This document shows positions 1-12,112 of a DNA stretch of 64,000 nt, piece by piece. Made by a program: the position numbers and the translations under genes. How positions within the stretch are numbered: position 1 is the stretch's first letter; each line of letters opens with the position of its first letter. The notes beneath the pieces were generated by a model. The model was not told where the DNA came from and did not search any database. It saw only the letters and a list, made by a program, of their open reading frames with translations. Source of the stretch: Naegleria gruberi (lineage: Eukaryota); assembly GCA_000004985.1 (NCBI GenBank), contig GG738860.1; one strand, written 5' to 3'.

Positions 1-161
1 TACGGTTTTTTTAAAAGATTTTCTTAAACAATCCAGCTATTAATAAGAAGATTTTTATTAACAGGTTGCTTCGCCAAGTTGATATTTGTGGTTCCACATG
101 TTTTAATACAGAGCTAGAGAAAATGCAATAATTTAAGTTTTAATAATAAATATATAAATAA

Positions 162-2941
162 TTAATAAGTTCCTTGATACATTTCATCAATATATGTTCT
201 GTACTTTTGAACAATATTGTTACGTTTAAGCTTGAAAGCAGCTGTTAAGAGATCGTTTTCAGGTGACCAAACATCATCAAAGACACGAATGGCCTTAATT
301 TCTTCATATCTCTTAAGCTTGTAGGTCTTAGCCAATTCTTCCAATGATTTCAAGATGTGTTGTTGGACCTTTGGATGTTTACAAATTTCAGAGAAGGTAC
401 CAGTAATGCCATTTTCTTCAGCAAATCTCTTGGTTGGACCTGGTTGAGCGATGACAATGGCAACAGGGAATGAACCGAAGCTGTCTCCATAGACCATGAT
501 ACCATTTGGTGCAACGTATGGACAACCGTTATAGATACTCTCCAATCTTTCCAAAGCAATATATTCACCATGGGATAACTTGACTAAATTCTTAACACGA
601 TCAATAATTGAAATTGTACCATCCTCATTCCTAAAAAGTTGAATTGTTGAAAAGTAAAAGGTCAAATTAGTATTCAAAAAGAAATGTAAACCTACAATTG
701 ACCAACATCTCCTGTCAAGAAGTATCCATCTTCCATGAATGCTTCCTTTGTCTTTTCAGGTTGCTTATAGTAACCTAGGGCGACAGAGTTACCTCTGATG
801 GCAATCTCTCCTCTTGGTACTGGGCTATCTGCCAAATAATTCAAGTGTGGAACTGAGATTAATTTGATTTCAACACATGGAACAACAACACCAGCAACAT
901 TGGTTTGGAATTTAGCTTCTGGCATTAAAATGACCTAAAGAAATGTTAAATCTTCTCTCCACGATAAATCTTCTACTTACACCTGCAGCACTAGTCTCAG
1001 TAAGACCATATCCTTGGAAGGTACTGGCTCCAAAGCAAACTCTGAAGAATTCTTGACTTTGTTTTGAAAGTGGAGCACCTCCAGAAAGGCATCCTACCAA
1101 TCTTCCACCAGCCATACTCTTAATCTTTCTGAAAATCAAAAAGTTGAACAATGGTGTATCTCTTCCATTCTTAAGAGCATTAAGTTTACAATCATAAGCA
1201 GTCTTGAAAAGCCATTGAATGATTGGTGAACCTGCCTTAATCTTTTCAGAAACACCCTTCTTAATGGTGTCGTATCTGTATGAAAGATATAATAATAAGG
1301 ACATTAGTCGCATATAAAATCATTTCGCACAAACAATCGCAGATTTAAATTAACCAAAAAAAAGCTTGAAAACTTACACTCTTGGTACACCACAAAATAT
1401 TCTTCCGTAATAAATTGAAAAAAATGTACGAAAGATAGTTAAGCACAAATTGACAATATCAGCCACTACTTACTGAGGTGCTACAGCTTCAAGATCACCA
1501 ACAGGTCTGGCAGTCTAATTATTTGAAGTGAATTATGAAACATTGAAATGTTAATAATTATCAAAAAACACTACTTGCCTTAGTTGTAAGAGTTTTGGAG
1601 TTTCCGTATCCGATTTTTCCTGTTTTATGAATGTTGTGAAGTAAACGTGATTTGGTGTGGAATTTGGTAAATAATGATATTGTTGTAACATTTTACATTC
1701 TTTTGAATACTACTACTTACCTCCAAGACCCAAGATGTAATGTTCAGCAGCCATTTCCAAAATGTGAGAAAGTGGAAGATATCCCAAATAAGTCTAGTAT
1801 TACTGTAATGAGCAATCAATTTTAAAATGAGATACTTACTCTATTGTCACATTATTAATAATGGTGAAAAACTGAAATACTTACGGATTCTTGACGTGTG
1901 GCAAACCAAATTGCTCACGTGCACCCACGGAAATCGAAAGTATATTTTTTGCTGTTAGCATTACACCTTTTGGCTAATGATTAGAATACAAATAGATTAG
2001 ATCTGTAAATAATAATTCATAATTACCTTTGAAGTAGTTCCGGAAGTGTACATGACAACAGTCAAACTATCACCTCTTTGTTCTTCCTTAACTGGAATTG
2101 GATTTGTTTCTTGTTTTCCTAATTCTTCAACTTCTTCAAAGGACAAAACAGAAACACCATTCTTTTCCAATTCAGCAATATGCTTTTGAGTTTCTTCCTT
2201 CTTACCTTCCCAAGATGATGCATAGATGAGGTACTTTAAAGTTGGAGTATTTGGAGTAATTTGATAGGCAAGCTTTTTCAATGATGCTTCATTAACTAAC
2301 ATGGCTGGAAGTTCACATTCATTAACAGCCTCAATGAGTGATTCATCACCCAAAGTAGAGTAAACTGTCATTACAGTAATGTTGTATCTCATGCAAGCGT
2401 GGAGAGTCATTAACCATTCCTTACGAGTTTCTTCAAAGATACCAAAAAAGTCCTTAGAGTTCAAGCCAGTGAAACGTGCAATACCACGTGAAAGATTAAT
2501 AATTCTACTATAGATTTGATTGTAGGTTTCATACTTGACATCGTCAAAGTGGAAAACTTCCCAGTCCTTACCATCAAGCTTTTCAACAGACTTATTCTTG
2601 AAAGTACGACTACCAAGCATTGGCAAATCACCAAATTGTTTAACAACATGATCCAACAGTCCGTTGAGTGTAGTTACACCAGGAACTGGAGTGCTAATTA
2701 ATTCCTTTTCATAGCCAACTCTTCTGATTGGCTTTGTTTCTTCACCAGGTTTATAGTTTGGATCATCGACTTGAACAGTATAGGATTTCAAGTGATCAAA
2801 TCTTCCTCTCAAGTCAGCAGGTAAGAAATCCTTACCAAACAAGATTCTAAAGATGATGTAGCAGAAGCGATCCACCAAAGACAAGATGAAGGCGATAATT
2901 TTCAACAGAAGTGATTTTATCATTTTTTTTTGAAAGTTCAT
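162..2941 (-). CDS. Long-chain fatty acid-CoA ligase (acyl-CoA synthetase, ACSL/Faa family). Multi-exon: large 5' exon 1997-2941, several micro-exons between 1314 and 1996, then exons about 912-1313, 692-925 and 162-677
   Basis: The N-terminal exon ends in the AMP-binding motif YTSGTTSK, continued in the next exon as ...KGVMLTAKNILSISVGAREQFGLPHVKNP followed by a GTAAGT donor. Downstream exons carry ...GGAPLSKQSQEFFRVCFGASTFQGYGLTETSAAG..., ...GEIAIRGNSVALGYYKQPEKTKEAFMEDGYFLTGDVGQL and ...DGTISIIDRVKNLVKLSHGEYIALERLESIY..., which are typical ACSL motifs. Stop codon at 162-164. Confidence 0.85.
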
Positions 2942-3616
2942 TTACTCAATTTTCCTGTTACCCCTATGTGAAAGCAAACAAGATTTGAAAGAGAGACAAG
3001 ATTTGTCAAGTCATTGTAAAGCCTCGTCCAATGATCCTCGCCATTGATTATCCAATAAATTAGCAGCAAAGGAAAAACCTTTTTGAAAACAGATAATCCC
3101 ATGTCCAGCATGGTTCAAAAATGGTGGTACTGGAAAGATGAAAAATGCATTGGTTCAATGATTACAAACGTATTATTGAAACATCTTCATGGTTGAGAGG
3201 TTCCATCCGCAATCTTCTCTAAAACCAAATTAAGATTGGACAGGCATTTCACCAACTACAGTTTTCCCTCGATCACCAAGTTTATTAAACGACCTTAGAT
3301 TCTGTCTTGATAGTGATTGATTTCTTTTAATGAATAGATCATGAAAAATGGTTTTTCACGATTACAAATTGATTCCCACAAAAGAAAATATCATGATGCA
3401 TTTAAATAATGTACAACCCAACAATCACTACAGCATTTGAAATCCTATCACTTGTTACAACTTTCAACTCTTATTGAGAAAAGTGACAAACATTCCGATT
3501 TGGCAATATTGAATGAACACAACATTGCAAGTGATAAATTATTCAGATAGCCTTTTTTTCATCAAGGCTTGTTAAAAAGAGGCAATCTTTCATTGACTGA
3601 TTAGGACAACTCAGAG
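2942..3616. promoter_or_regulatory. Divergent (bidirectional) promoter region between the ACSL gene (-) and the acidic hypothetical protein (+)
   Basis: A 675-bp AT-rich non-coding interval flanked by head-to-head start codons. No specific motif validated. Confidence 0.4.
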
Positions 3617-4345
3617 TTGAATAATCTCGAATCAAAAAAACAACACAACACACAACATAAGATGAAAGAGAAAGGGAGAAGTGATGATCAGTCTATTGAA
3701 TCGGAATCAAGCCTTACTTTGAGTGATCGTTTTCATCCCTACAAGAAGAAACAACAGATGACCACCTCTCCTCCTATTCCTTCAAGGCAACTGAACACAA
3801 GTAACAATAGGAGAGTGGAACGATCTCTGATGAATACTCAGAGGATATTTGCATCAACAAGTGATGAGTCAACAGCCTCTTCTTCTCTTCATTTGGAGAA
3901 TTTCAAAAAGGCTATTCACACCACCTACTCTTCATCATCGAGTCAAGAAGAAGTTGTAGAAGCAAAGAATAGATGTATCGAGTTAGACATTTCAAAGGAT
4001 ATCAACCTAGTTAGAGAAGAGGATTTTGAATTTTTGGATAATATTGATTTTTCAGATTGTTTAGAATTAGAAATATTCGATTTTGACCAAAGCAGCTTTA
4101 GTATCAACAAGGCTACATCATTGGATGGTGTAAGCACGAGTTGTCAATCTTCACCAGATATCTTTCTAAAGCCTCGATGTAAAGAACCATCAATTGAGTG
4201 GGATAATCATGATGATGATGACTTGTTTCAAATCATCACACCAACTAGTACTAGTCCTTCCAATAGGGAAATAAGCACATTAGAACTCTTACTTGAAACA
4301 CCTTTGGAAAATCTATTGTATCATAATATAGATAATAACGAATGA
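3617..4345 (+). CDS. Hypothetical Ser/Asp/Glu-rich acidic protein (242 aa), no recognisable domain
   Basis: Intact ORF starting at the first ATG after the divergent promoter shared with the ACSL gene. Low-complexity and acidic. No homology recognised by eye. Confidence 0.4.
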   Translation: MNNLESKKQHNTQHKMKEKGRSDDQSIESESSLTLSDRFHPYKKKQQMTTSPPIPSRQLNTSNNRRVERSLMNTQRIFASTSDESTASSSLHLENFKKAIHTTYSSSSSQEEVVEAKNRCIELDISKDINLVREEDFEFLDNIDFSDCLELEIFDFDQSSFSINKATSLDGVSTSCQSSPDIFLKPRCKEPSIEWDNHDDDDLFQIITPTSTSPSNREISTLELLLETPLENLLYHNIDNNE

Positions 4346-4415
4346 AAATAAAGCAATTCTCTTCAATTAAATATTTTAAATAATATATTAATTCAAATTA
4401 TTTTAGAAATTAAAA

Positions 4416-4664
4416 TTGAAAATAATTCAATCAAAAAAAATGGTCACAAAAAGAGATATCCTCTCCCTCTACCGAAGGATTTTAAAAACCGGAAATGAAA
4501 CAATCAGATTTACCAACAAGGAATACTTCAAAAGAAGAGTAAGAGAAGAATTTGAAATGGCTGAAGAAATTGTCGGAGATAAGAAACAAAGAGATTTAAT
4601 TAGAGACAAAATGTATGGCAAAGGAGTTGAATTTTTGGAAAAGAAAATTGGTGGAATTATTTAA
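4416..4664 (+). CDS. LYR-motif (Complex1_LYR family) small mitochondrial protein. The true start may be the internal ATG at 4440 (MVTKRDILSLYRRILK...)
   Basis: An L-Y-R tripeptide sits in the N-terminal helix (ILSLYRRILK), followed by a conserved F (RFTNKEYFKRRVRE). The size (about 75-82 aa) fits the ISD11/LYRM family. Confidence 0.55.
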   Translation: MKIIQSKKMVTKRDILSLYRRILKTGNETIRFTNKEYFKRRVREEFEMAEEIVGDKKQRDLIRDKMYGKGVEFLEKKIGGII

Positions 4665-4722
4665 ATTATATTTGTGATGATGAGAAAATGGTTAAAACAT
4701 GTTTTACAAGTGTTTTAGATTT

Positions 4723-6489
4723 TTACTTTCTCTTTTTTGAAGATCTTTGAGAGTTATCTGAAGAATCGGAACTTCTCTTCTTGTCTTGTTTCGTTTTCAA
4801 TAAACCTTTGGTTGGTGAAAATGTTAAATCGACTGGTAAACTTGGAACAATATCCTTCTTATTGAAAGTTTTAACTTGATTCTTTTCGAGGTCAATTATA
4901 ACCTTCTTCTTTTCTTGTTTTTCTTCAGAAGAGGTAGCAGTACTTGTGATTGGCTTCTTGTCCTTGAGCAGCTTTTTCACGGATTTCACCTTACTTAACA
5001 ATTGATTACGTTTCTTTTCTTCAGCAGCAGCTTCTTCTCTTTCCTTTTGTTCCTTTTCTAATTGAACTTTCTTTTCTTGTTCCAATCTTTCTTGTTCTAA
5101 TTTTTCTTGCTTTTTCTTTTCCTCTTCTTCCTTCTTCTTTTGTTCGGTTGCCTTACTATTATCCTTCTTTTGTTTCTTTTCTTGTGGCGTTGTTTCTACT
5201 TTCTTTTCAGTTTGTTTCTTTTCAGGTTGTTGCTTCTTTTCTTGTGGTTTCTTATTTTCATTAACTTGTTGAGCTTTCTTTTCTTGTTGTTTCTTCTTCC
5301 TTTCAATCTTAGCTTGTTCTTTTTGAGATACAGTAGTTTCAACTTCTTCCAATTCAGAATATAAATCATCGAGAGTAATAATTCTAGTCTTGAATTTTTC
5401 ATAGTATTCAACACAGACATCCGAGTTTTCATATCCAGTCTTGTATTTTTCGAATTCCTTGACAATACGTTCGATATTGACAGGTAAAGGTCTATCTTTA
5501 ACAATTTGTCTGACATTACCAAATTCATCAAGTGGTAAATCTTCATCATCATCTTCATCATCTTCCATAGCATCTCCATTTTCTTCGGTTTCTTCCTCCT
5601 CTTCCTCTTCTTCAGGTTTACTTTCACCTTCAACTGATTGATATTGAGCAAGTAAATCGAACATTTCTTCCTTGTATGTCTTTTTGATACTGTTATTTTC
5701 TGTAGAGGCAAAATCTTTGATGAAGAATTGGACGAATTTCATCAATGCATCTTCATTGAGATGATAGTCAGAATCATTTTCAACTTGAGGACCACCATAT
5801 TGAACCAATTCCAAGAAGAATAATTCTGCAATGTGAATTTGCAAAGATGCTAATAATTTACGTTCCTCATTATTGAAAATACCATCTTCTAAAATGAATT
5901 CAATAAATTCCTCAACTGCTTCTAGTTTGTATTGAGCTGTCTTGTTCAAAAACACGAATGCTTGTTGCATTACTTTTCTCACTAACATTAAATATTTGTC
6001 CATTCTGTGTTTGTCAAGTCTTGGCCATGTTTCAAAGAGTTCATCAAAGAAAGCTCTCAAAAAGGCAATAGGTAATTCGTGTGGAGATGATTCGCCTCCC
6101 TTCACGTGGTGAATACATTCTGCCAAGAGTTGAGCCATTTCGTGTTGTTTAAATTCACCATCACACAGCCAAAATCCGTACAATGCACCTTTCCACAATT
6201 TTCTAAAATCAATAAAATTAGTATCAAGATCCAACTTGTTGAATTTAGTTTCCTTCAAAAATGTTGGGAATCTTTCGGCAGCTCTTGTTCTAAAACCTTC
6301 ATCGGTAGCAGCAAGATCCTTGGTGAGTTTTACTACATTTTCTCTATGGATTTTTAATTGTTCCTCTGTGAATGTATTTTCCTCAACTTTGGATTCCGAT
6401 TTGCTTATCTTCTTTTGTTTGTTGTTACCATTAGTGTTATTATTGGCTTGTTTATTGTTGTTGTTATTAGCTTTTGACTTTTTACCCAT
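4723..6489 (-). CDS. RRP1: Ribosomal RNA processing protein 1 (RRP1/Nop52) homolog with a long Lys/Glu-rich C-terminal tail
   Basis: The N-terminal Nop52 signature ...FRKLWKGALYGFWLCDGEFKQHEMAQLLAECIH... matches the LWKGLFYCMWMSDKPL motif of Nop52. The C-terminal ~250 aa are K/E/Q-rich (charged rRNA-binding tail). Confidence 0.65.
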   Translation of the reverse strand: MGKKSKANNNNNKQANNNTNGNNKQKKISKSESKVEENTFTEEQLKIHRENVVKLTKDLAATDEGFRTRAAERFPTFLKETKFNKLDLDTNFIDFRKLWKGALYGFWLCDGEFKQHEMAQLLAECIHHVKGGESSPHELPIAFLRAFFDELFETWPRLDKHRMDKYLMLVRKVMQQAFVFLNKTAQYKLEAVEEFIEFILEDGIFNNEERKLLASLQIHIAELFFLELVQYGGPQVENDSDYHLNEDALMKFVQFFIKDFASTENNSIKKTYKEEMFDLLAQYQSVEGESKPEEEEEEEETEENGDAMEDDEDDDEDLPLDEFGNVRQIVKDRPLPVNIERIVKEFEKYKTGYENSDVCVEYYEKFKTRIITLDDLYSELEEVETTVSQKEQAKIERKKKQQEKKAQQVNENKKPQEKKQQPEKKQTEKKVETTPQEKKQKKDNSKATEQKKKEEEEKKKQEKLEQERLEQEKKVQLEKEQKEREEAAAEEKKRNQLLSKVKSVKKLLKDKKPITSTATSSEEKQEKKKVIIDLEKNQVKTFNKKDIVPSLPVDLTFSPTKGLLKTKQDKKRSSDSSDNSQRSSKKRK

Positions 6490-6855
6490 TTTTTATGCTC
6501 GAACATCATCAACAAATTATTGCAATAATTTTACTTCCTCATTTTTATCAAATTACTTCATCACAATAATTCTGTATCGGAATTTGTGTACTTCAACATT
6601 CACCAAAGGAAATTAGTTGAGTCTATTTGTTATTTCAATGAAACAAAATAGTAATAATAAATACATTTGTTTTCTTGTGATTGGTAGAAGCTATTAATAT
6701 CAACCAATTAAATGTTAAAGAATTCTATTCCAAAGAACACCGCATTCAATAAGAGCTGGCAATTTGCTTGAGCGGCAAACTTTGAAAATTAGCGCCAAAA
6801 AAATTGCAAAAAAAAAATAACACAACAAATAACTTTATAACCCACGAGTAAAAAG
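6490..6855. promoter_or_regulatory. Divergent promoter region between RRP1/Nop52 (-) and importin-beta (+)
   Basis: A 366-bp AT-rich interval between head-to-head start codons. Confidence 0.4.
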
Positions 6856-9597
6856 ATGAACATTCAGGATTTCAGAAACTTGATGGATGTGCTCTCGTCC
6901 AACGATAATCAAGTTCGTCAAAACGCTGAAACCCATCTTGCCAATCTTAAGAATAATGACTTGGTATGTTTTTCATTTAATTGTTTTTATTAATCATTTT
7001 AACGTATTTTATTCTCCTCATCACCAACAATAATTTTTCTAGCCTAAATTTATGATTCTGTTAGTAACAGAACTTGCTGATGAAGCTAGACCAAACCATC
7101 TCAGACAATTGGCCGGTCTCCAACTTAAGAACCTTTTAGAATCCAAAGACTCACAAACAAAACATGCTTTAGAACAACAATGGTCCAGACAAGACGAAGA
7201 AACCAAAAATCAAATTAGAAATCAAGTTTTAGTAACACTCCACTCCACATCACAAGAAGCTAGAAAGACTGCTGCTCAAGTCCTCGCCGAATTTGCTTCT
7301 GTAGACTTGGTGCACAATCAATGGCTGAATGTTATTGAAACTGTCCTTAAAAACATTACCGAACCTTCTACACCTTTTGGTATTCAATCTAGCTTGATGG
7401 CCATTGGTTATCTGTGTGATATGTGTAGAGCCCCAGTTTTAAAGCACCAAACAAACCAAATTCTTACAGCTGTTATTCAAGGTATGAGAGAATCAGCAAA
7501 CAACGATATCAAATTTGCTGCCACACAAGCCTTGTTGAATTGTCTTGTTTTTGTTGAAGAAAACTTTTCAAGAGATGTAAGTATTATTATTATTTGAATC
7601 TTATTAATTCTAACTTTATATAGTCTGAAAGAGATTATATTATGCAAACCGTATGTGCATCAACCCAACTTCCAGACCCAAGAATTAGAGAAGTCGCTTT
7701 TGAATGTTTAGTTAAAATCGGATATTTGTACTATGATAAATTGTCACCATACATGGAAGCCATTTTTGGTGTAAGTAGTAATACTATTTTAACAAATTGA
7801 TATTAATTTATTAAAATATAGATCACAACCAAGGCTTTAACTGACCCTAATGAACAACAAGAAGTCCAATTACAAGCTATTGAATTCTGGACATCATTGG
7901 CTGAAACTGAAGCAATTATTCGTGAAGAAATTGATACTGCAATGGAAAATGATACCGAACCAATTAGACAAAGTTTCAATATTATTCTCCAAGCTCTTGC
8001 ACCATTAGTTGAACTTATGACTAAATGTCTTACAAGACAAGAAGAATATCAAGAAGATGGTGATATGTGTGTCAGTAATTATGCTTCAAATTGTATTGCT
8101 GCTATGGCCACTGTTGCTCAAGAAACAATTGTTGACCAAATTATGCCATTCGTTTCATCAAATATTAATAATCCAGATTGGCACTTTAAGGAAGCTGCTA
8201 CTTTGGCATTTTCTGCAATTTTGGATGGTCCAAGAAGAGGTGAAAGAATGAATGAACTTATCAACTCTGCCCTTCCATTCATTATGAGTCATGTTAATGA
8301 TGCAAACACTCTTGTCAAAGATACTTCAGTTTTTGCTCTTGGTAGAATTGCTGAATTCCATCCAGATCCATTGGTTGAAAATCATTTGGAAAATGTCCTC
8401 AAGACTCTTACAATTGCCTTCCAAGATGAAGCTCGTATTTGTAGTAAGGCTTGTTGGACTATTTTGCACATTGCAGAAGCTTTCTCAACTGATGATGATA
8501 GAGCTTCTTATCCACTTTCACAATACTTTAAGATTTTGGCTGAAATGCTCTTACAAGCTACTCTTAGACAAGATGCTTCTGAAAGCAATTTGAGAATCAA
8601 TGCTTATGAAGCTTTATCTGCTCTTGTTCACAGTGCTGCTAGAGATACCTATGAAATTTTGTCACACATTGTTGTTGAATTGTTGAATAGACTTGAACAA
8701 ACTCTTAACCACAGCCAAACTGAAGAAATCTGCTTGATTCAAGGTTTGATGTGTGGTGCTCTTCAAGTTTCTGCTAGAAAGCTCGAATTTAGAATTGTTC
8801 CAACTGCTGATAGAATCATGACCTTCTTGTTGAGAATCTTTGAATCTAAAAGCGCTAATGTTCATGAAGAAGCCTTCCTTGCTGTTGGTGCTGTCGCTGC
8901 TGCCCTTTCTAATGAATTCGACAGATATATGCCTCACTTTTTACCATTCTTATTGACTGGTTTGCAAACATTCCAATACGAACAAATCTGTCTTATCTGT
9001 GTCAACGTTATTGGTGATTTATGTATTGCTTTGAGAGACAAGCTTGCTTCTTATACTGATGCAATCATGGAAGTTCTTTTGAAGAATTTGCAAAACTCTG
9101 AATTGCAAAGAGATGTCAAACCAAACATTATTGCCTCTTTTGGTGATATTGCTCTTGCCATTGGTGTCAGATTTGAAAAATACATGAATTATGTTGGTAC
9201 TGTTTTGAGACAAGCTTGTGAAGCTCATGTTGATGCCACCAACGATGAAATGATTGATTATCTTAATCTTTTGAGAGAAAATATTTTCGAAGCCTATGTT
9301 GGTATTTTACTTGGCTTCAAGAAGGAAAATCCACAACTCTTTATTCCATATGTTGAATCAGTGTTAACCTTTGTCAAGATTGTCTATGAAGATCAAAATA
9401 CTGACCAACCTGTTTTCAATGCTGCTGTTTCTATCGTTAGTGACTTGGCTAATGTTTACGGTGTTGCCATCAAAGGTCCTATGCAACAAGAATTTATTAG
9501 AAATCTTGTCGAAGATGCAGTCAATTCAGCTGAATCAGAGACAAGAAAGATTGGTAATAAGGCTAAGAAGAACTTGAAGAAGATTACTCTCCTCTAA
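6856..9597 (+). CDS. KAP95: Importin subunit beta-1 (karyopherin-beta/Kap95), 4 exons: 6856-6963, 7043-7576, 7624-7770, 7822-9597
   Basis: The N-terminus MNIQDFRNLMDVLSSNDNQVRQNAETHLANL is the classic importin-beta N-terminal (IBN_N) domain. HEAT repeats run throughout. Introns are GTATGT/GTAAGT...TAG with phases consistent. Encodes about 860 aa. Confidence 0.9.
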
Positions 9598-9912
9598 ACT
9601 AGTCCATAACAGTGTTTCCACTCCACCCAAATAAGGAGGCACAACAACCTCCAAACCACTCCACCACACTTAACACAAACACATCCACAATCAAAATGGC
9701 ATACTCAATTCGGTCAGATGATGCCTCTAATCCCCCCTCGCCTTTGAATAATTTATAAGTTATACCACCATCCATGTCCCAATCCATTCCATCCACTAAA
9801 CTATCACCACCAAATAATAGTCAAATTATTAAAATAATAACTTGACAGAGCACTCAAATAAACACCACATCCACACATTAAATCATACATCAAAACCATA
9901 CTATTTACACAA

Positions 9913-10485
9913 TTATAATTTATTGACCACACAGTCAATCAATTGAGCCATAACAAGTCTCCCTACTTTGGGCTCTTTCAGTCTTGACAGAAACTCCTTG
10001 GAAAATGCAATACACAATACTAGAGGTTTTTCCAAAACTTGTGTTGGCATTGGAGGTTCCATCATTCCAAATGCTGGTTTGACTGGTTTTGGTTGATACA
10101 AATCTTCAATTAATTTTCTAGCAAATATTGTTTCAATATCAAGGTAAGTCTCTCCCATTGGATGATCCAAAGAAGGAGCTCTTTTTCCAAATAATGTTCT
10201 AATTGAATAGGTAGGTTCAGGTATGTGATCATAATCATCCAGTGGCTCTTCCATAGTGTTGGAAATTGTCATTGTTAGTGCTGATGCATCCTTTTCAGCT
10301 TTAATTACAGTTCCGATCAAGGAATCTAATTGCGAAATTAAAAATACAATTTTATCAGCAAAGACCATTCTTACTACTTCTGTTTTATAGTTAGAATCAA
10401 TACTAAAAGCCTTGTTGATCACATGAATCGGAAATAATCTTTGATCTTGTGCTGATGATATTTCGTGAAGATAATCTGTTGACAT
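9913..10485 (-). CDS. Conserved hypothetical protein (190 aa), possibly a small chaperone/assembly-factor-like protein
   Basis: Clean single ORF with an ATG start, lying convergent to importin. No domain confidently recognised. Confidence 0.35.
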   Translation of the reverse strand: MSTDYLHEISSAQDQRLFPIHVINKAFSIDSNYKTEVVRMVFADKIVFLISQLDSLIGTVIKAEKDASALTMTISNTMEEPLDDYDHIPEPTYSIRTLFGKRAPSLDHPMGETYLDIETIFARKLIEDLYQPKPVKPAFGMMEPPMPTQVLEKPLVLCIAFSKEFLSRLKEPKVGRLVMAQLIDCVVNKL

Positions 10486-10876
10486 TTTTTCAAAATAATA
10501 TTTAATTTCAAAAAAATGATTAAAAGTAAAAGTTTAATTTCTAGTGTTCGGAACTTTAACCATCAATTTAGAGTGAAGGGATTAATTAATTCATGTTTGA
10601 AAATTAATGCAAATTTTAATAGTCAACACGAATCAACCTTCCGATTTTTTTCTTCATCATCAATGAATAGAAATCGAAATGATGATTTTCTTTACATATT
10701 GAAAATTAGAGGACAAGAACAACCAAATAATTGTGATTCTTTGAGAAAGTTTCCAACTCTTTATTTGGTGGTTGCCCTTTTGGTAGCTGGCTATTCCTAT
10801 TCAATTATTTCATCCCTTCTTTCGTGTAAGTAAATCACCCATATTCTCTGAAAATTCACACAACAAATAAGCTGAT

Positions 10877-12107
10877 ATGGTTTTGGATAAGATGATTCAG
10901 GAAGAGAATGGAGAAATTAATTTACAAAAGGCCTCTATCATGCCACTCAGTTGTAAGTTATTACTTGTAATATTTTGTAATCATTTAATGGAATTTTATA
11001 GTATTTGCCCTGTTGAAAATTAAAGAAAAGTATATGGGCAATATTGAGAAAGATCTCGAGTCAAACGATGCAATTAAGAGAAGGAATGCCATTCAAATGA
11101 TTTATCAAATGTGTTTGGATAGATCATTGGCTAAATCAATAATTTTGGAAACTAATTGTCTTGAACGTTTGGTAAATCTGGTACCATACGATAAACAATC
11201 AAACGTATCAAGAGATGAGAGTGACCTAATTATTGGAGTTTTGAAAATGATGAGCTCTATTGAAAATACTCACGAATTCTTATTGGATAATCTTAGTAAA
11301 TGGGTTAAACCATATAGAATACGAAAGGAGTTGCACTCTATAGAGGCATTGGATAATAATTATATTACAATTATATACAATATTCTATCTACACAAAAAT
11401 CCAGACAATTATTAACTGACGAAAGGATTGAGAAACTAATTCAATTGACATTTGAAATATCCAAGGCAAGCACAGATAAGAGAGTGATAAACTTGGCAAA
11501 TTATTCCACTGAAATGCTTGTTAGACAATCTAAGGGAGAACCAGATGATGGTCAAGCAGATTCACTCATGAAAGATTATACTGAAAAGTATGAAATTTTC
11601 AAATTCCTTTCAAACAACATCTCACTTCCATTGCTAGCCTTTGGTTATGCCTTTTTGAGATATAAATGGAGAATTAATAGACAAGGATACAATCATTTTG
11701 GATTCAAGGCTCAAAATCTCAATACACTGTCAATTTACAACTCGTTGAAGAGTGCAGTGGTTGTAAGTGCAATGGCATGGTCTGTAACTTCTTTGGATTT
11801 TTTCGAGTATAGACAGGGGTTGAAAGATCACTCTAATTGCTCAACCAATGAGGAGCTATTTAACAGACTCAAGACTAGGGCATATAGACAGGAAGTTGAA
11901 AAGGTAGCTCAAAACTTCTTGTTCCCATTATTCTTGGCATGGGTTTTGGGTAGAGTGGAATTTATCATACTACCATACATTTTACTTCAGGCAAGCAGTT
12001 CATCTAAACCAAGTAGTTTATTAGAAAATTTAATAGATCTTCCCCCTCAGTATGTAGAATCTCAATTGAATTATATTCAAACAAGCATTGAGACTGAAAA
12101 GAAATAA
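10877..12107 (+). CDS. Hypothetical protein with a C-terminal hydrophobic segment, 2 exons (10877-10952, 11002-12107)
   Basis: ATG at 10877. A GTAAGT donor follows ...IMPLS and the acceptor is ttttatag at 11001. Frame continuity into the long ORF was verified by hand. The helical repeat-like N-terminal region is only suggestive. Confidence 0.45.
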
Positions 12108-12112
12108 ACCCT

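Noticed and set aside
4900-5340. Periodic-looking AAG/GAA-rich repeats that could be mistaken for a repeat array or CRISPR-like structure
   Set aside because: This is coding low complexity (a Lys/Glu tail) within a eukaryotic gene. There are no direct repeats with unique spacers, and the locus is not prokaryotic.
5107-5711. Plus and minus ORFs (85 aa Leu/Phe-rich; 171 aa Lys-rich) inside the RRP1/Nop52 gene
   Set aside because: They are alternative-frame or antisense readings of the K/E-rich repetitive tail (GAA/AAG repeats). Low complexity and overlapped by a well-supported gene.
9599-9796. 65-aa minus ORF between importin-beta and the downstream convergent gene
   Set aside because: It sits in the 3' UTR region of both convergent genes. 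The sequence is odd (MDGMDWDMDGG). There is no splice or promoter context.
10516-10833. 105-aa plus-strand ORF upstream of the 10877 gene
   Set aside because: It lies in the AT-rich 5' flank or promoter. The codon composition is poor. It is more likely non-coding or UTR.
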